A stretch of DNA of 64,000 bases from Enterobacter phage CC31, in sequence record NC_014662.1, one strand, 5' to 3'. Position numbers and translations under genes: made by a program. The notes under the pieces are model-generated. The model was not told the origin of the DNA. It ran no database searches and saw only the letters and a list, made by a program, of their open reading frames with translations. Below, in pieces: positions 56,637 through 64,000 of this stretch. Position 1 is the stretch's first letter; the number at the start of each line of letters is the position of its first letter.

Positions 56637-57029
56637 TTATTCCAAAGACAGCAAGTATTTGGTTTGAAACACTATGCCATTGATTTCATCAATTGTGTTT
56701 CTGATTGCTCCGGGCATCTTCTCATAGATGCTTTCAGCTTTTGCTGTGATGCTATCGAGCATCTCAATTGTGTCAGTAGGCAAATCCTGTTGCGAAGGTA
56801 TAGATGGAGTGTACTTTTTACCAGACCATCCAAGCCATTGCTCTCCGAACTTGTCGGTTAACTCAGGGATTGCATCAAAGAAGAAATTGTATGCTTTGTG
56901 ACGAGCATAACTTTTAGTTTCAAAATGAGCTGAATGGAAGTATGACGCAGAAGCCATCAAAAGACCAATGAACTCATCCTCTGGAAGTTTCTTTCCGGTT
57001 GTTATGAAATCTTCAAATTTCGTTTTCAA
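56637..57029 (-). CDS. hypothetical protein (rI.1 position)
   Basis: 130-aa ORF. Confidence 0.5.
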   Translation of the reverse strand: MKTKFEDFITTGKKLPEDEFIGLLMASASYFHSAHFETKSYARHKAYNFFFDAIPELTDKFGEQWLGWSGKKYTPSIPSQQDLPTDTIEMLDSITAKAESIYEKMPGAIRNTIDEINGIVFQTKYLLSLE

Positions 57030-57288
57030 GTTTAACCTTCGTTAGAGAAACGTACTGCTTACCGGCGTGAACTCCTTCTTCAGTGCACTGGGTAGTACAA
57101 CTTGAAGCTGCCCATCTCTGCTTAATGAAAGAAAAGAAACGTTCGGATTCTTCTTTAGAAGGTTCTTTGAACTTGCTATATACTGCCATAGCACCATCAG
57201 CGTATTGTTCAAAATTTGCTTCTTCTGCCGATACGGGCGAGATTAAAGTGGCTGCAAATAAAATCGCAGCCAATGCGCGTAGAGTCAT
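57013..57288 (-). CDS. rI: lysis-inhibition regulator rI-like periplasmic protein
   Basis: 91 aa from ATG 57286-57288; signal-anchor MTLRALAAILFAATLISPVSA; FFSF...C...G...KVKLENE resembles recalled T4 RI. Confidence 0.65.
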   Translation of the reverse strand: MTLRALAAILFAATLISPVSAEEANFEQYADGAMAVYSKFKEPSKEESERFFSFIKQRWAASSCTTQCTEEGVHAGKQYVSLTKVKLENEI

Positions 57289-57295
57289 AAAAGCC

Positions 57296-57508
57296 TCAGC
57301 GTTGTCCTGTATTAAGTTTGTGCTGAAGAACAGCCTTAACTTTATCGAGGTATTTTTGCAGCTGGCGTTTACGCAAATAGTCTGGGCGTGCACCATGCTG
57401 GCGAAACTCTTCGTTTAGACTTGAGATAGCGTGGCCAATCTCGCACTTAATTTCTTCCAGTTGAGATACACCAAGATTACGAAGTTGCTTATCGTTCAAA
57501 TGCTTCAT
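57296..57508 (-). CDS. hypothetical protein (rI.-1 position)
   Basis: 70-aa ORF downstream of late promoter. Confidence 0.5.
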   Translation of the reverse strand: MKHLNDKQLRNLGVSQLEEIKCEIGHAISSLNEEFRQHGARPDYLRKRQLQKYLDKVKAVLQHKLNTGQR

Positions 57509-57532
57509 ACATACCTCATTAGTTAGTAATAG

Positions 57533-57540
57533 TATTTATA
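57533..57540 (-). promoter_or_regulatory. late promoter TATAAATA
   Basis: plus TATTTATA = minus TATAAATA, about 25 nt upstream of ATG 57508. Confidence 0.45.
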
Positions 57541-57542
57541 AA

Positions 57543-57558
57543 GGGGAGCATGCTCCCC
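57543..57558 (-). terminator. terminator hairpin GGGGAG-CAUG-CUCCCC
   Basis: perfect 16-nt palindrome followed on minus by UUUAUAAAUA; after stop at 57568. Confidence 0.55.
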
Positions 57559-57567
57559 AATTTAACT

Positions 57568-57951
57568 TTAGTCCCACAACATTTGGCACAGACCTTTCTC
57601 ATACTTACGAGCAGCCTTTTCGTCCCAGTTATAGTCTGTATCGTTTCTCAACGAGTGTTTGATTTCCATCTTGTGAAATACACGAGGAATCGGTGAAGCA
57701 TAGCGCATCCAGCGCAGAGTCTTCCAGAATGAATCACGATGACGTTCTTTCATCATAGAAGCAAGCTCTAATGGTCTTTCCATGTTTTCTTTAATTTGCT
57801 TATCAACATATTTCTGCTGATATTCTTCGTCTTTCTTTGTTTTAACGTATTCGGTATATCGTTTGATATAAGCGAATTTGTTATTCTTCTGGGCGTGCCA
57901 TTTAGAAGAAGTGGTTACGTGCCAGCCTTTACGACGAATAGTTCTTGACAT
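57568..57951 (-). CDS. hypothetical basic protein
   Basis: 127-aa ORF. Confidence 0.55.
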   Translation of the reverse strand: MSRTIRRKGWHVTTSSKWHAQKNNKFAYIKRYTEYVKTKKDEEYQQKYVDKQIKENMERPLELASMMKERHRDSFWKTLRWMRYASPIPRVFHKMEIKHSLRNDTDYNWDEKAARKYEKGLCQMLWD

Positions 57952-58007
57952 ATCTACCTCTTGAGTTAAAGTACCTCAATGGTAGTAAAATCCTGCTTTA
58001 AAATATT

Positions 58008-58118
58008 TCATGGTGATACCTTTCCTTCAATTAAAATCTTTAAGAACCCAAGCAAAGCAGCTATAACAAATCCTGCTGTTGGAAAAGCGAATAACCAAAA
58101 TAATACATCAATAGTCAT
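58008..58118 (-). CDS. small membrane peptide (36 aa)
   Basis: hand translation MTIDVLFWLFAFPTAGFVIAALLGFLKILIEGKVSP; ATGA-coupled. Confidence 0.3.
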   Translation of the reverse strand: MTIDVLFWLFAFPTAGFVIAALLGFLKILIEGKVSP

Positions 58119-58246
58119 CCTAATGTTACCTTACATTTGCATTTTGGACATTCAACTTCTTTTACACGAAGACGCTTTGTCTTCGTACGAGTAGCGGTAT
58201 CATGGTCGTAAACATGAAGACAACGATAGCAAATGACTAATTTCAT
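58115..58246 (-). CDS. small zinc-ribbon protein (43 aa)
   Basis: hand translation MKLVICYRCLHVYDHD...VECPKCKCKVTLG (CxxC...CxxC); ATGA-coupled on both sides. Confidence 0.35.
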   Translation of the reverse strand: MKLVICYRCLHVYDHDTATRTKTKRLRVKEVECPKCKCKVTLG

Positions 58247-58407
58247 CGGTCGATAACCTCGAAGATTTCATCTATGATTTCATCACCTTGACGAGCACGA
58301 ATTAACTCTTCAAATGTAACGGGCTTTTCAGACCAGCCAAGAACAACAGTGTTGCGTTGTAGCATATCACGAAGTTCTTCTAAAGCTTCTTGTTTAGTTG
58401 AAATCAT
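58243..58407 (-). CDS. small hypothetical protein (54 aa)
   Basis: hand translation MISTKQEALEELRDMLQ...; ATG overlaps stop of 58404..58616 (ATGA); AAGAAGG RBS. Confidence 0.35.
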   Translation of the reverse strand: MISTKQEALEELRDMLQRNTVVLGWSEKPVTFEELIRARQGDEIIDEIFEVIDR

Positions 58408-58616
58408 AGAACCTTCTTATAACATTCGAAATTACCTGAATAATATGCTTCAGAAACGTAATCACCTTCAACAACTAGTTGGCAAACTTTATCTGCGAGC
58501 AATTTATTAGCTTCAATTTGTTTACTAATTGCATGACCTTTTATACCTAAGAAAACGAATGCAACCAAAGTGATAGCAAGAAGAACCGTGTTGAAGATTT
58601 TTACATTCTTATTCAT
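58404..58616 (-). CDS. small membrane protein
   Basis: 70 aa with one TM helix. Confidence 0.5.
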   Translation of the reverse strand: MNKNVKIFNTVLLAITLVAFVFLGIKGHAISKQIEANKLLADKVCQLVVEGDYVSEAYYSGNFECYKKVL

Positions 58617-59193
58617 AAATACCAGTCATTTCACACCAATGTTTTCGACAGAGTGAGACGTATTTGTCTTCACCACCTAATTCAATAGTATCACCTTCTA
58701 CAATAGCATTTCCTTCTTGGTCAACACGAGCAACCATAGTTGCTTTACGACCGCAATGACAAACACCCTTCAGTTCACAGAGTTTATCTGCCGTAGCCAG
58801 AAGAGCAGCTGAACCCTTAAATAGGTTACCACGGAAATCTGTGCGAAGTCCATAGGCCATCACTGGAGTATTATAGAGGTCAACAATTTGACATAACTGA
58901 AGAACATGAGATTGAGTCAAGAACTGTGCTTCATCAACAAATACACAGTGAATGTCTTTTTGAGTCTGTGCCCATTTGAAGAACTCAAGAATGTCCATGT
59001 CTTCAGTAATAGTATTTGCTTCAGCATGTAGACCAACACGAGATACAACTTCATTTGCTGAATCTCGAGTATCAATAGCCGGCTTAAGAATGAGTGTTCC
59101 CATTCCACGCTCTTTATAGTTATGAGCTGCTGTAAGTAGAGATGCTGATTTACCAGCGTTCATTGAAGCATAGTTAAAATAAAGTTGTGCCAT
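58609..59193 (-). CDS. tk: thymidine kinase
   Basis: 194 aa from ATG 59191-59193; SMNAGKSASLL Walker A, VFVDEAQF, YGLRTDF, CHCGxKA zinc site match recalled T4 Tk. Confidence 0.9.
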   Translation of the reverse strand: MAQLYFNYASMNAGKSASLLTAAHNYKERGMGTLILKPAIDTRDSANEVVSRVGLHAEANTITEDMDILEFFKWAQTQKDIHCVFVDEAQFLTQSHVLQLCQIVDLYNTPVMAYGLRTDFRGNLFKGSAALLATADKLCELKGVCHCGRKATMVARVDQEGNAIVEGDTIELGGEDKYVSLCRKHWCEMTGIYE

Positions 59194-59648
59194 TATTCGC
59201 CGTCCCAATCAACAACTACAATATCAACATTCGGTGTAAACATATTAATTAGTGCTTCAATTTTTTCCCAATCGCCGCCAGCAATACCTGCTCCAATACG
59301 AGGAATATGAACTTCCATTTTAAACAGAGAACCAGATAAAAATTTATCCATTTTCTGGAAAGCATTAACTAATGCGCCGTAATCAAGATTAGGACCTGGC
59401 TCATATTGAGTATAAAGATTAAAGCAAGCTCCACCTTTTGCTGCTAATGCTAAACTAAATGTTCCAAGCTTTTCGCGGGCGGCATAATCCGTAGCTGCTT
59501 TATCTGTTGATAAAATAACTGGAAATTTTGATGCAAGCTGTCCTGCTACACCCGCACCCATTGTATGAAAACAATTACATCCGTGAGCAATTACTTTTCC
59601 TTCAGAATACAGCTTAACAATATCGCCTTTAATGTATTTTACAATCAT
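59193..59648 (-). CDS. macro-domain (ADP-ribose-binding/processing) protein
   Basis: 151 aa; KGDIVK...VIAHGCNC...MGAGVAGQL parallels macro-domain GDIT...AIVNAAN...GGGVDGAI block. Confidence 0.6.
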   Translation of the reverse strand: MIVKYIKGDIVKLYSEGKVIAHGCNCFHTMGAGVAGQLASKFPVILSTDKAATDYAAREKLGTFSLALAAKGGACFNLYTQYEPGPNLDYGALVNAFQKMDKFLSGSLFKMEVHIPRIGAGIAGGDWEKIEALINMFTPNVDIVVVDWDGE

Positions 59649-60064
59649 CTTTTCCTCAACTCGGGTATGCTTTTAAATTGGTAAGTAGCGTAGTTTTCGA
59701 ATTCATCGTAAACTCGCACATAAATTTCTTCGCCACATGTTAAATTCTTAAAAGACTTCAAATCTCTTTCAGAAAAATCTATCGATACTCCATCAATAGT
59801 TCCGGAGGATTTGGCTCCGCAACCTCGAAAATGAATTGAACCACCCGGAATAATAGCTTGGTCTTCTTTGTTGGAGTAATTGTAAAATGATACACCAAAA
59901 GCTTTCTTTTTCGGATAGTAAGAAACTTCAATATTCTTTTTAAACGAACCAGTTGTTTCAACTAGCCTACCATTAATAGCATAGATGTTATCAGGATAGC
60001 CTGGGAGTTTTTCCCAGGCATTTACTGATAATGGTAGAGCTAGCAGAAATGCTGCTATTTTCAC
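59645..60064 (-). CDS. secreted hypothetical protein
   Basis: 139 aa; signal peptide MKIAAFLLALPLSVNA. Confidence 0.55.
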   Translation of the reverse strand: MKIAAFLLALPLSVNAWEKLPGYPDNIYAINGRLVETTGSFKKNIEVSYYPKKKAFGVSFYNYSNKEDQAIIPGGSIHFRGCGAKSSGTIDGVSIDFSERDLKSFKNLTCGEEIYVRVYDEFENYATYQFKSIPELRKR

Positions 60065-60387
60065 TTAGATAATCCCGCTATATACACCCTCAATAATGTG
60101 TCACGATATTCTTCGCATACATTCATATCAGGCGCATTATCACATAACGACTCAAGGTCTTTAGCCTTACGAGCCACCAAGGTAGACCATTTAAAGCGGC
60201 TACCAGAATCAGTTTGTCCTTCAGCGTAAGTTTTGTCAAAGTCAAATGACAAAATGTTCAAACACTCCGTATTAGTCTTTGTGCAGAATTGCTTTGCTAA
60301 TGTCAAAGAATCATCTTGTTCAGTAGAAAAATCAACTTTACACCCAGATAGAGCAAAAACTACTAGAAGTACAAACAACTTTTTCAT
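60061..60387 (-). CDS. putative lipoprotein
   Basis: 108 aa; MKKLFVLLVVFALSGC lipobox. Confidence 0.55.
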   Translation of the reverse strand: MKKLFVLLVVFALSGCKVDFSTEQDDSLTLAKQFCTKTNTECLNILSFDFDKTYAEGQTDSGSRFKWSTLVARKAKDLESLCDNAPDMNVCEEYRDTLLRVYIAGLSK

Positions 60388-60935
60388 TATTCCACCGTAT
60401 AATGAAGCATTTTACGAGATTTCAAGTAATTCGCCTTTGCTAATACTTCAGAGGCGTACTTGTTACCGGCTTTCCACTTGTTTCCTGCGTTGTATGACGC
60501 TATGGCTTTTCTCATATCACCGTTATGACGGTCCAGCCAATAACTTAACTCAATATACGCCCAAGCGGCGGAGTGCTTCCGGTTCTTTGCCATGCGGATG
60601 ATTTCTGCGTCTGTCATTGACCATCCGGCTTGTTTAACTCTTTCCCTGAGTGTAGGAAGATAATTTTGAAATATCCCGTAAGCGTGATGCCCGTGTTTAC
60701 CAGTTGTACGTAAGCCTGCAGAACTTTCCTGCCAGACTAGTGCAGCCATAATGTAACCAAGTCCATTGTTGTCATACCGCTTACTATGGTCTTTATACTT
60801 CCCATTCTTCTGAAATTGTTCACCAAACGAATATGCATATTGCAAATTGTCGAGTTGGACATTACTGAAGGTGTGTTCGGACGCAAATCCTAAAGACGAA
60901 ACTAGGAGTAACGCCGCGCATAGAGCTTTTTTCAT
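60387..60935 (-). CDS. secreted lytic-transglycosylase-like (SLT/lysozyme-like) protein
   Basis: 182 aa; signal peptide; WQESSAG...HAYGIFQ resembles SLT catalytic Glu-Ser and downstream Gly-h-h-Gln block. Confidence 0.55.
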   Translation of the reverse strand: MKKALCAALLLVSSLGFASEHTFSNVQLDNLQYAYSFGEQFQKNGKYKDHSKRYDNNGLGYIMAALVWQESSAGLRTTGKHGHHAYGIFQNYLPTLRERVKQAGWSMTDAEIIRMAKNRKHSAAWAYIELSYWLDRHNGDMRKAIASYNAGNKWKAGNKYASEVLAKANYLKSRKMLHYTVE

Positions 60936-60957
60936 GCTTGCCTCAATTGAAACTAAA

Positions 60958-61428
60958 TTATAACTTGATAATCTTTGTGCTGATTTTACCTTTCAAGCGT
61001 TTATCATTTACGAATGCCATGCGACATTGCATGGAGTGACCGCGGAACGGGTGTTCTGGGTTTGGTAGAGAGACAGTCATTCCAAGCCATAGAGTACCAT
61101 CAGTGATTTCCAAACGCTGAGGCCTGTATTCTACTTCTGGGTCAATTTCCGATGGGTCAATAGGAAGCATCGGCATTTCTAAGAACTCGTGAATTTCTGT
61201 TACGTGATTGTGTACTTTGTGGAACAGAGCGAACACATACTCTTCATCAATCTCCCGTTGGATAGCACGGTCCAAGAGATGATTAGAATATTTAATAAAG
61301 AAAGCTGGGATACCAGCAGATGCGCAAGCACTACGTATAGAATCGTTTACACTCTTGAACTCAGTCTCAAAGCGACGACGTAGCTTGTTTCGGCGGATGA
61401 ATACTTCTGGATTAGTTGTCATTTTCAA
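60958..61428 (-). CDS. regB: RegB site-specific endoribonuclease
   Basis: 156 aa; EVFIRRNKLRR, KYSxHLLDRAIQREIDE, EYRPxRLEITDG-LWLG, LQCRMA match recalled T4 RegB. Confidence 0.88.
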   Translation of the reverse strand: MKMTTNPEVFIRRNKLRRRFETEFKSVNDSIRSACASAGIPAFFIKYSNHLLDRAIQREIDEEYVFALFHKVHNHVTEIHEFLEMPMLPIDPSEIDPEVEYRPQRLEITDGTLWLGMTVSLPNPEHPFRGHSMQCRMAFVNDKRLKGKISTKIIKL

Positions 61429-61448
61429 TCTCCTTTGTTGATAGGGCT

Positions 61449-61478
61449 ATAGTATCATAGCCCTTGGAGAAAGTAAAC
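61449..61478 (-). promoter_or_regulatory. T4-type early promoter with embedded 8-bp inverted repeat
   Basis: minus GTTTAC (plus 61473-61478), TACTAT (plus 61449-61454); palindrome at 61443..61464 identical to the 8651..8672 copy. Confidence 0.5.
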
Positions 61479-61708
61479 TAGTAGTTTTGGTCGTCATAGA
61501 ACACTTGAAGCAGAACGTTGTTACGTAACCGCTTTGTGTCAGCTAAACGTTGTCTAAGCTTGGAGATTTTGTCCTGTACCCGGTTAAACTCTTCTGAGGT
61601 TGACGGGTCATGAATCTTCATAGCCTCATCCACAAGCTGCTCCATCTTTTCTTCCATAGCATTAATAGCTTCAGAGAAAGATTCGGAGACTTTGTTGCGG
61701 ATAGACAT
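61478..61708 (-). CDS. hypothetical protein (vs.3 position)
   Basis: 76 aa from ATG 61706-61708 overlapping upstream stop (TAATG). Confidence 0.5.
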   Translation of the reverse strand: MSIRNKVSESFSEAINAMEEKMEQLVDEAMKIHDPSTSEEFNRVQDKISKLRQRLADTKRLRNNVLLQVFYDDQNY

Positions 61709-61989
61709 TAGTACTTTTCTTCTGGTTGAAACACTGAACGGCATGCCCACATAGATGCTTCTTTAAGGTGCTGAATAGCATTACGAATTTGAGTGATACG
61801 CTCATGAGCCAAATCAAACTCTTCGTCACTAATTTTATCAACATCTAAATCCATGTATACTTTTACATGTTCTTCTTCAAGAGCTTTAAAAATCAGGCCA
61901 AGACGAAGTTCAGCATCTTTAATAGCATTCACTTTACCGATTTTATCTTCAGTATGTGGTTTATAGCCTTTGATATCTTCAATTGACAT
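61708..61989 (-). CDS. hypothetical protein at vs.4 position (possible Acb2-like cyclic-oligonucleotide sponge)
   Basis: 93 aa, second gene after regB as T4 vs.4; size matches; sequence-level homology not verifiable here. Confidence 0.5.
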   Translation of the reverse strand: MSIEDIKGYKPHTEDKIGKVNAIKDAELRLGLIFKALEEEHVKVYMDLDVDKISDEEFDLAHERITQIRNAIQHLKEASMWACRSVFQPEEKY

Positions 61990-62351
61990 TACATTTCCTT
62001 GGTGAAAGTACGTGCAATAACGTCACGCTGCTGTTCTGACGTCAGAGAATTAAATCGGACAGCATAACCAGAAACACGAATAGTCAGCTGAGGATATTTT
62101 TCTGGATGTTGAACTGCATCTTCTAAAGTTTCTTTAGTCAGAACATTCACGTTCAGATGTTGGCCACCTTCAACTTTAACTACAGGTTGACTTTCAATTC
62201 CAACTTCTCGAGATTCAAGTCCAAAGAAAGTTTCTACATCAACAATAGAATCTTCTGCCAAAGTTTTAGATACAATCACACGGGCTTTATCACCATCTTC
62301 AAGATAAATTGTGCCTTTATGAGTGCCATTCAAAATTTGATATGCGTTCAT
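61989..62351 (-). CDS. grcA: autonomous glycyl radical cofactor (GrcA/YfiD-like)
   Basis: 120 aa; C-terminal [58 protein letters not shown] almost identical to recalled E. coli GrcA, includes RVSGY glycyl radical motif. Confidence 0.85.
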   Translation of the reverse strand: MNAYQILNGTHKGTIYLEDGDKARVIVSKTLAEDSIVDVETFFGLESREVGIESQPVVKVEGGQHLNVNVLTKETLEDAVQHPEKYPQLTIRVSGYAVRFNSLTSEQQRDVIARTFTKEM

Positions 62352-62360
62352 AGTAGTTCC

Positions 62361-62597
62361 TTATGGGTATTGAATTTCTTCGTCAGTCTCTTTATCATAC
62401 TCACGAATTTTGATTGGTTCATTAATTCCGTAACCACTTATAAGAAGTCCAGTTTTAGCATCTTCCCACTGTTTAGTTTCTTCATTCCACACACCATTAG
62501 CGTGTGCTTCCATTAAATCTTGTTCGCCTTGGTTTGAAAACCAGTCGCAGAAAGATTTAACCAAGTGGTCGGGGACGTCGATAATAATTTGCGCCAT
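62361..62597 (-). CDS. hypothetical protein
   Basis: 78-aa ORF. Confidence 0.45.
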   Translation of the reverse strand: MAQIIIDVPDHLVKSFCDWFSNQGEQDLMEAHANGVWNEETKQWEDAKTGLLISGYGINEPIKIREYDKETDEEIQYP

Positions 62598-62932
62598 GTT
62601 GGCTCCAGAGAAATGACCCTGCGGTCGTAAGTAATTAAGCTTGAAGTTTTGATGCCTTTACATGGGCCAGAGATAAACTCTACTTCAAACCATGGATGCT
62701 CATTCATCAGACCTACATCCGGTGAAGTGCAGAGAAATAATGAACCTTTAAAAGGCCCATCTAAAAATCTATACAGCTTAGGTTCAAGAACTGCACCATC
62801 TGAAAACTTAATATGCAAAATATTAATCAAAGATTCTATATCACATTTTCCGGTAGAGCGCAAGAACCTGATATATTCACTTGTAGTCATTCCAAGAGCC
62901 CGAAGGCCCTTATTAAAATTTTCTTTCATCAT
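62513..62932 (-). CDS. hypothetical protein
   Basis: 139-aa ORF ATGA-coupled to upstream gene; N-terminus is encoded by a degenerate copy of the terminator hairpin, so the start could instead be ATG 62888-62890. Confidence 0.45.
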   Translation of the reverse strand: MMKENFNKGLRALGMTTSEYIRFLRSTGKCDIESLINILHIKFSDGAVLEPKLYRFLDGPFKGSLFLCTSPDVGLMNEHPWFEVEFISGPCKGIKTSSLITYDRRVISLEPTWRKLLSTSPTTWLNLSATGFQTKANKI

Positions 62933-63528
62933 TGCATTCCTATCACAAAGAATAATGGCATCATCTCTTCACCGCTAATGTGTGATTGATGAACACATGC
63001 ATAAAAAGGACCTTTGAAATGAGCTTCGTAGAACTTTTCCATTTCAGGGAGTTTCATTGGTTCTTCTATAATATACAAGATTCTGTTAAGCGTTCGGCCA
63101 CGGGCTTTTGAACCACCATTACTCAAGAAACTTCGCACAGTGTCCATGATAATCATGCGTTTAGCTTCATCTGGATTTGCTTGATGAATGAGTTCTTTCT
63201 CATAACAAGCTCGTATTCTTCTTGCTGTTTCTTCGGAGTTTCGTTGATGGGTGCTAATAATCCAGACAGTTCCACCGTCATGTAACCAGTCCGCTGCAAA
63301 TTCAGCAATAGCTTTAGTTTTACCTGACTGACGCCCGCCGTCGATTTTTAGCGTAGCATATTCGCGTAGAATATCTATAGGAGTGTAATGACTTTCTTTG
63401 AGGATTTCTATACAATCATCTGCGCGGATTTTAAATGCGTGCATCAGGGATAGATATGGAGCAAATAGAGATTTCGTTTTCATAAAGTTACCGTTAGTGA
63501 GGGCCTTCCATGGCTCAAGGATTTCCAT
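62929..63528 (-). CDS. P-loop NTPase-like hypothetical protein
   Basis: 199 aa; Walker A-like GGRQSGKT and hydrophobic-D block IIMDTV; at the position where T4 has denV but unlike DenV. Confidence 0.5.
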   Translation of the reverse strand: MEILEPWKALTNGNFMKTKSLFAPYLSLMHAFKIRADDCIEILKESHYTPIDILREYATLKIDGGRQSGKTKAIAEFAADWLHDGGTVWIISTHQRNSEETARRIRACYEKELIHQANPDEAKRMIIMDTVRSFLSNGGSKARGRTLNRILYIIEEPMKLPEMEKFYEAHFKGPFYACVHQSHISGEEMMPLFFVIGMQ

Positions 63529-63670
63529 CAGCTAGCGGGAGTGCTAGGACCCTGATTGTAACTGGCTTTACCGCACTTGGGCTCGACCTTTTTACAGGTA
63601 CCAGAAGCTACTTCACTCAGAGGACACGACGTTCATGAGGAGAGGTCCAGGTTGGCTTTTTGATTGAAGA

Positions 63671-63967
63671 TTAACTAAACGGGTCGTGGAGCTTATTACC
63701 GACACGACGGAACACTTTAGCTGCAAATTTATTGGAAGGGTTATCAACCATGACTTTGCGCATGTGACCGGTCGCAACTGTTCGAGCAGCCTTATAACCA
63801 GCAATATTATCTTTCAAAGTAATTCGACCTTTTCCTTTAGGGTCATCAATGGTCACTTTGTAAGTTCCCATATCTTCGCCAGGCTTAATTTCTTCAATCC
63901 AGATATAACCACCTGGGACTCGCTTTTGTTCAGCGGCTTCAGTAATAAATTCGTTGTAGGTTTTCAT
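63671..63967 (-). CDS. internal protein (capsid-targeted, IP family)
   Basis: 98 aa; N-terminal MKTYNEFITEA matches T4 internal-protein capsid targeting sequence consensus MKTYQEFIAEA; basic body. Confidence 0.7.
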   Translation of the reverse strand: MKTYNEFITEAAEQKRVPGGYIWIEEIKPGEDMGTYKVTIDDPKGKGRITLKDNIAGYKAARTVATGHMRKVMVDNPSNKFAAKVFRRVGNKLHDPFS

Positions 63968-64000
63968 TTTAATCCTTAGTTGTAAATAGCCTTACCATAA

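Noticed and set aside
63529-63670. Possible tRNA or other RNA gene in the GC-richer spacer
   Set aside because: Scanned both strands by eye for a 7-bp acceptor stem plus T-loop (TTCRANY) and found none; kept only as a low-level note under the internal-protein finding.
1-64000. CRISPR arrays, integrase/transposase genes, homing endonucleases, rRNA or tRNA genes
   Set aside because: No direct-repeat/spacer periodicity, no recognisable recombinase, GIY-YIG or HNH signatures in any ORF translation, and no tRNA-like structures noticed; the T4 tRNA cluster position lies beyond this window.

Overview
This window is a T4-like (Tevenvirinae) myovirus early/middle region: essentially every gene is on the minus strand, in T4 gene order from rIIA (1..2214) through the replication, recombination and nucleotide-metabolism core to tk, regB and a capsid-targeted internal protein (63671..63967). 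All identifications come from reading the ORF translations against remembered T4 protein sequences and motifs; no database search or computation was run. Recognised core genes: rIIA, topoisomerase II large subunit (39, intact 39+60-type fusion), dexA, dda, srd, a ModA-like ADP-ribosyltransferase, soc, 56, 61, 41, uvsX, beta-gt, 42, 43, regA, 62, 44, 45, rpbA, 46, 47, 55, nrdG, nrdD (no intron), 49, nrdC, rI, tk, regB and a GrcA-like glycyl-radical cofactor. Between them sit many small accessory ORFs, often joined by ATGA/TAATG stop-start overlaps, with T4-type early (GTTTAC...TAYTAT), middle (MotA-box-like) and late (TATAAATA) promoters and UUCG-type hairpin terminators. The strongest candidate for something undescribed is a GT-A-fold glycosyltransferase-like gene (23190..24020) translationally coupled between gene 42 and beta-gt, with no alpha-gt at the canonical 47-55 position in this window, suggesting a variant hmC-DNA sugar modification. 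Other candidates: an early-operon SGNH esterase with a Gly/Thr-rich N-terminal domain (5302..6837); a Pol-beta-type nucleotidyltransferase (52017..53027) near a P-loop ATPase and a DUF4031-like protein; a macro-domain protein beside tk (59193..59648); a Vs.4/Acb2-position protein (61708..61989); and non-orthologous genes at the dmd and imm positions. No tRNA, rRNA, CRISPR array or transposase was found.
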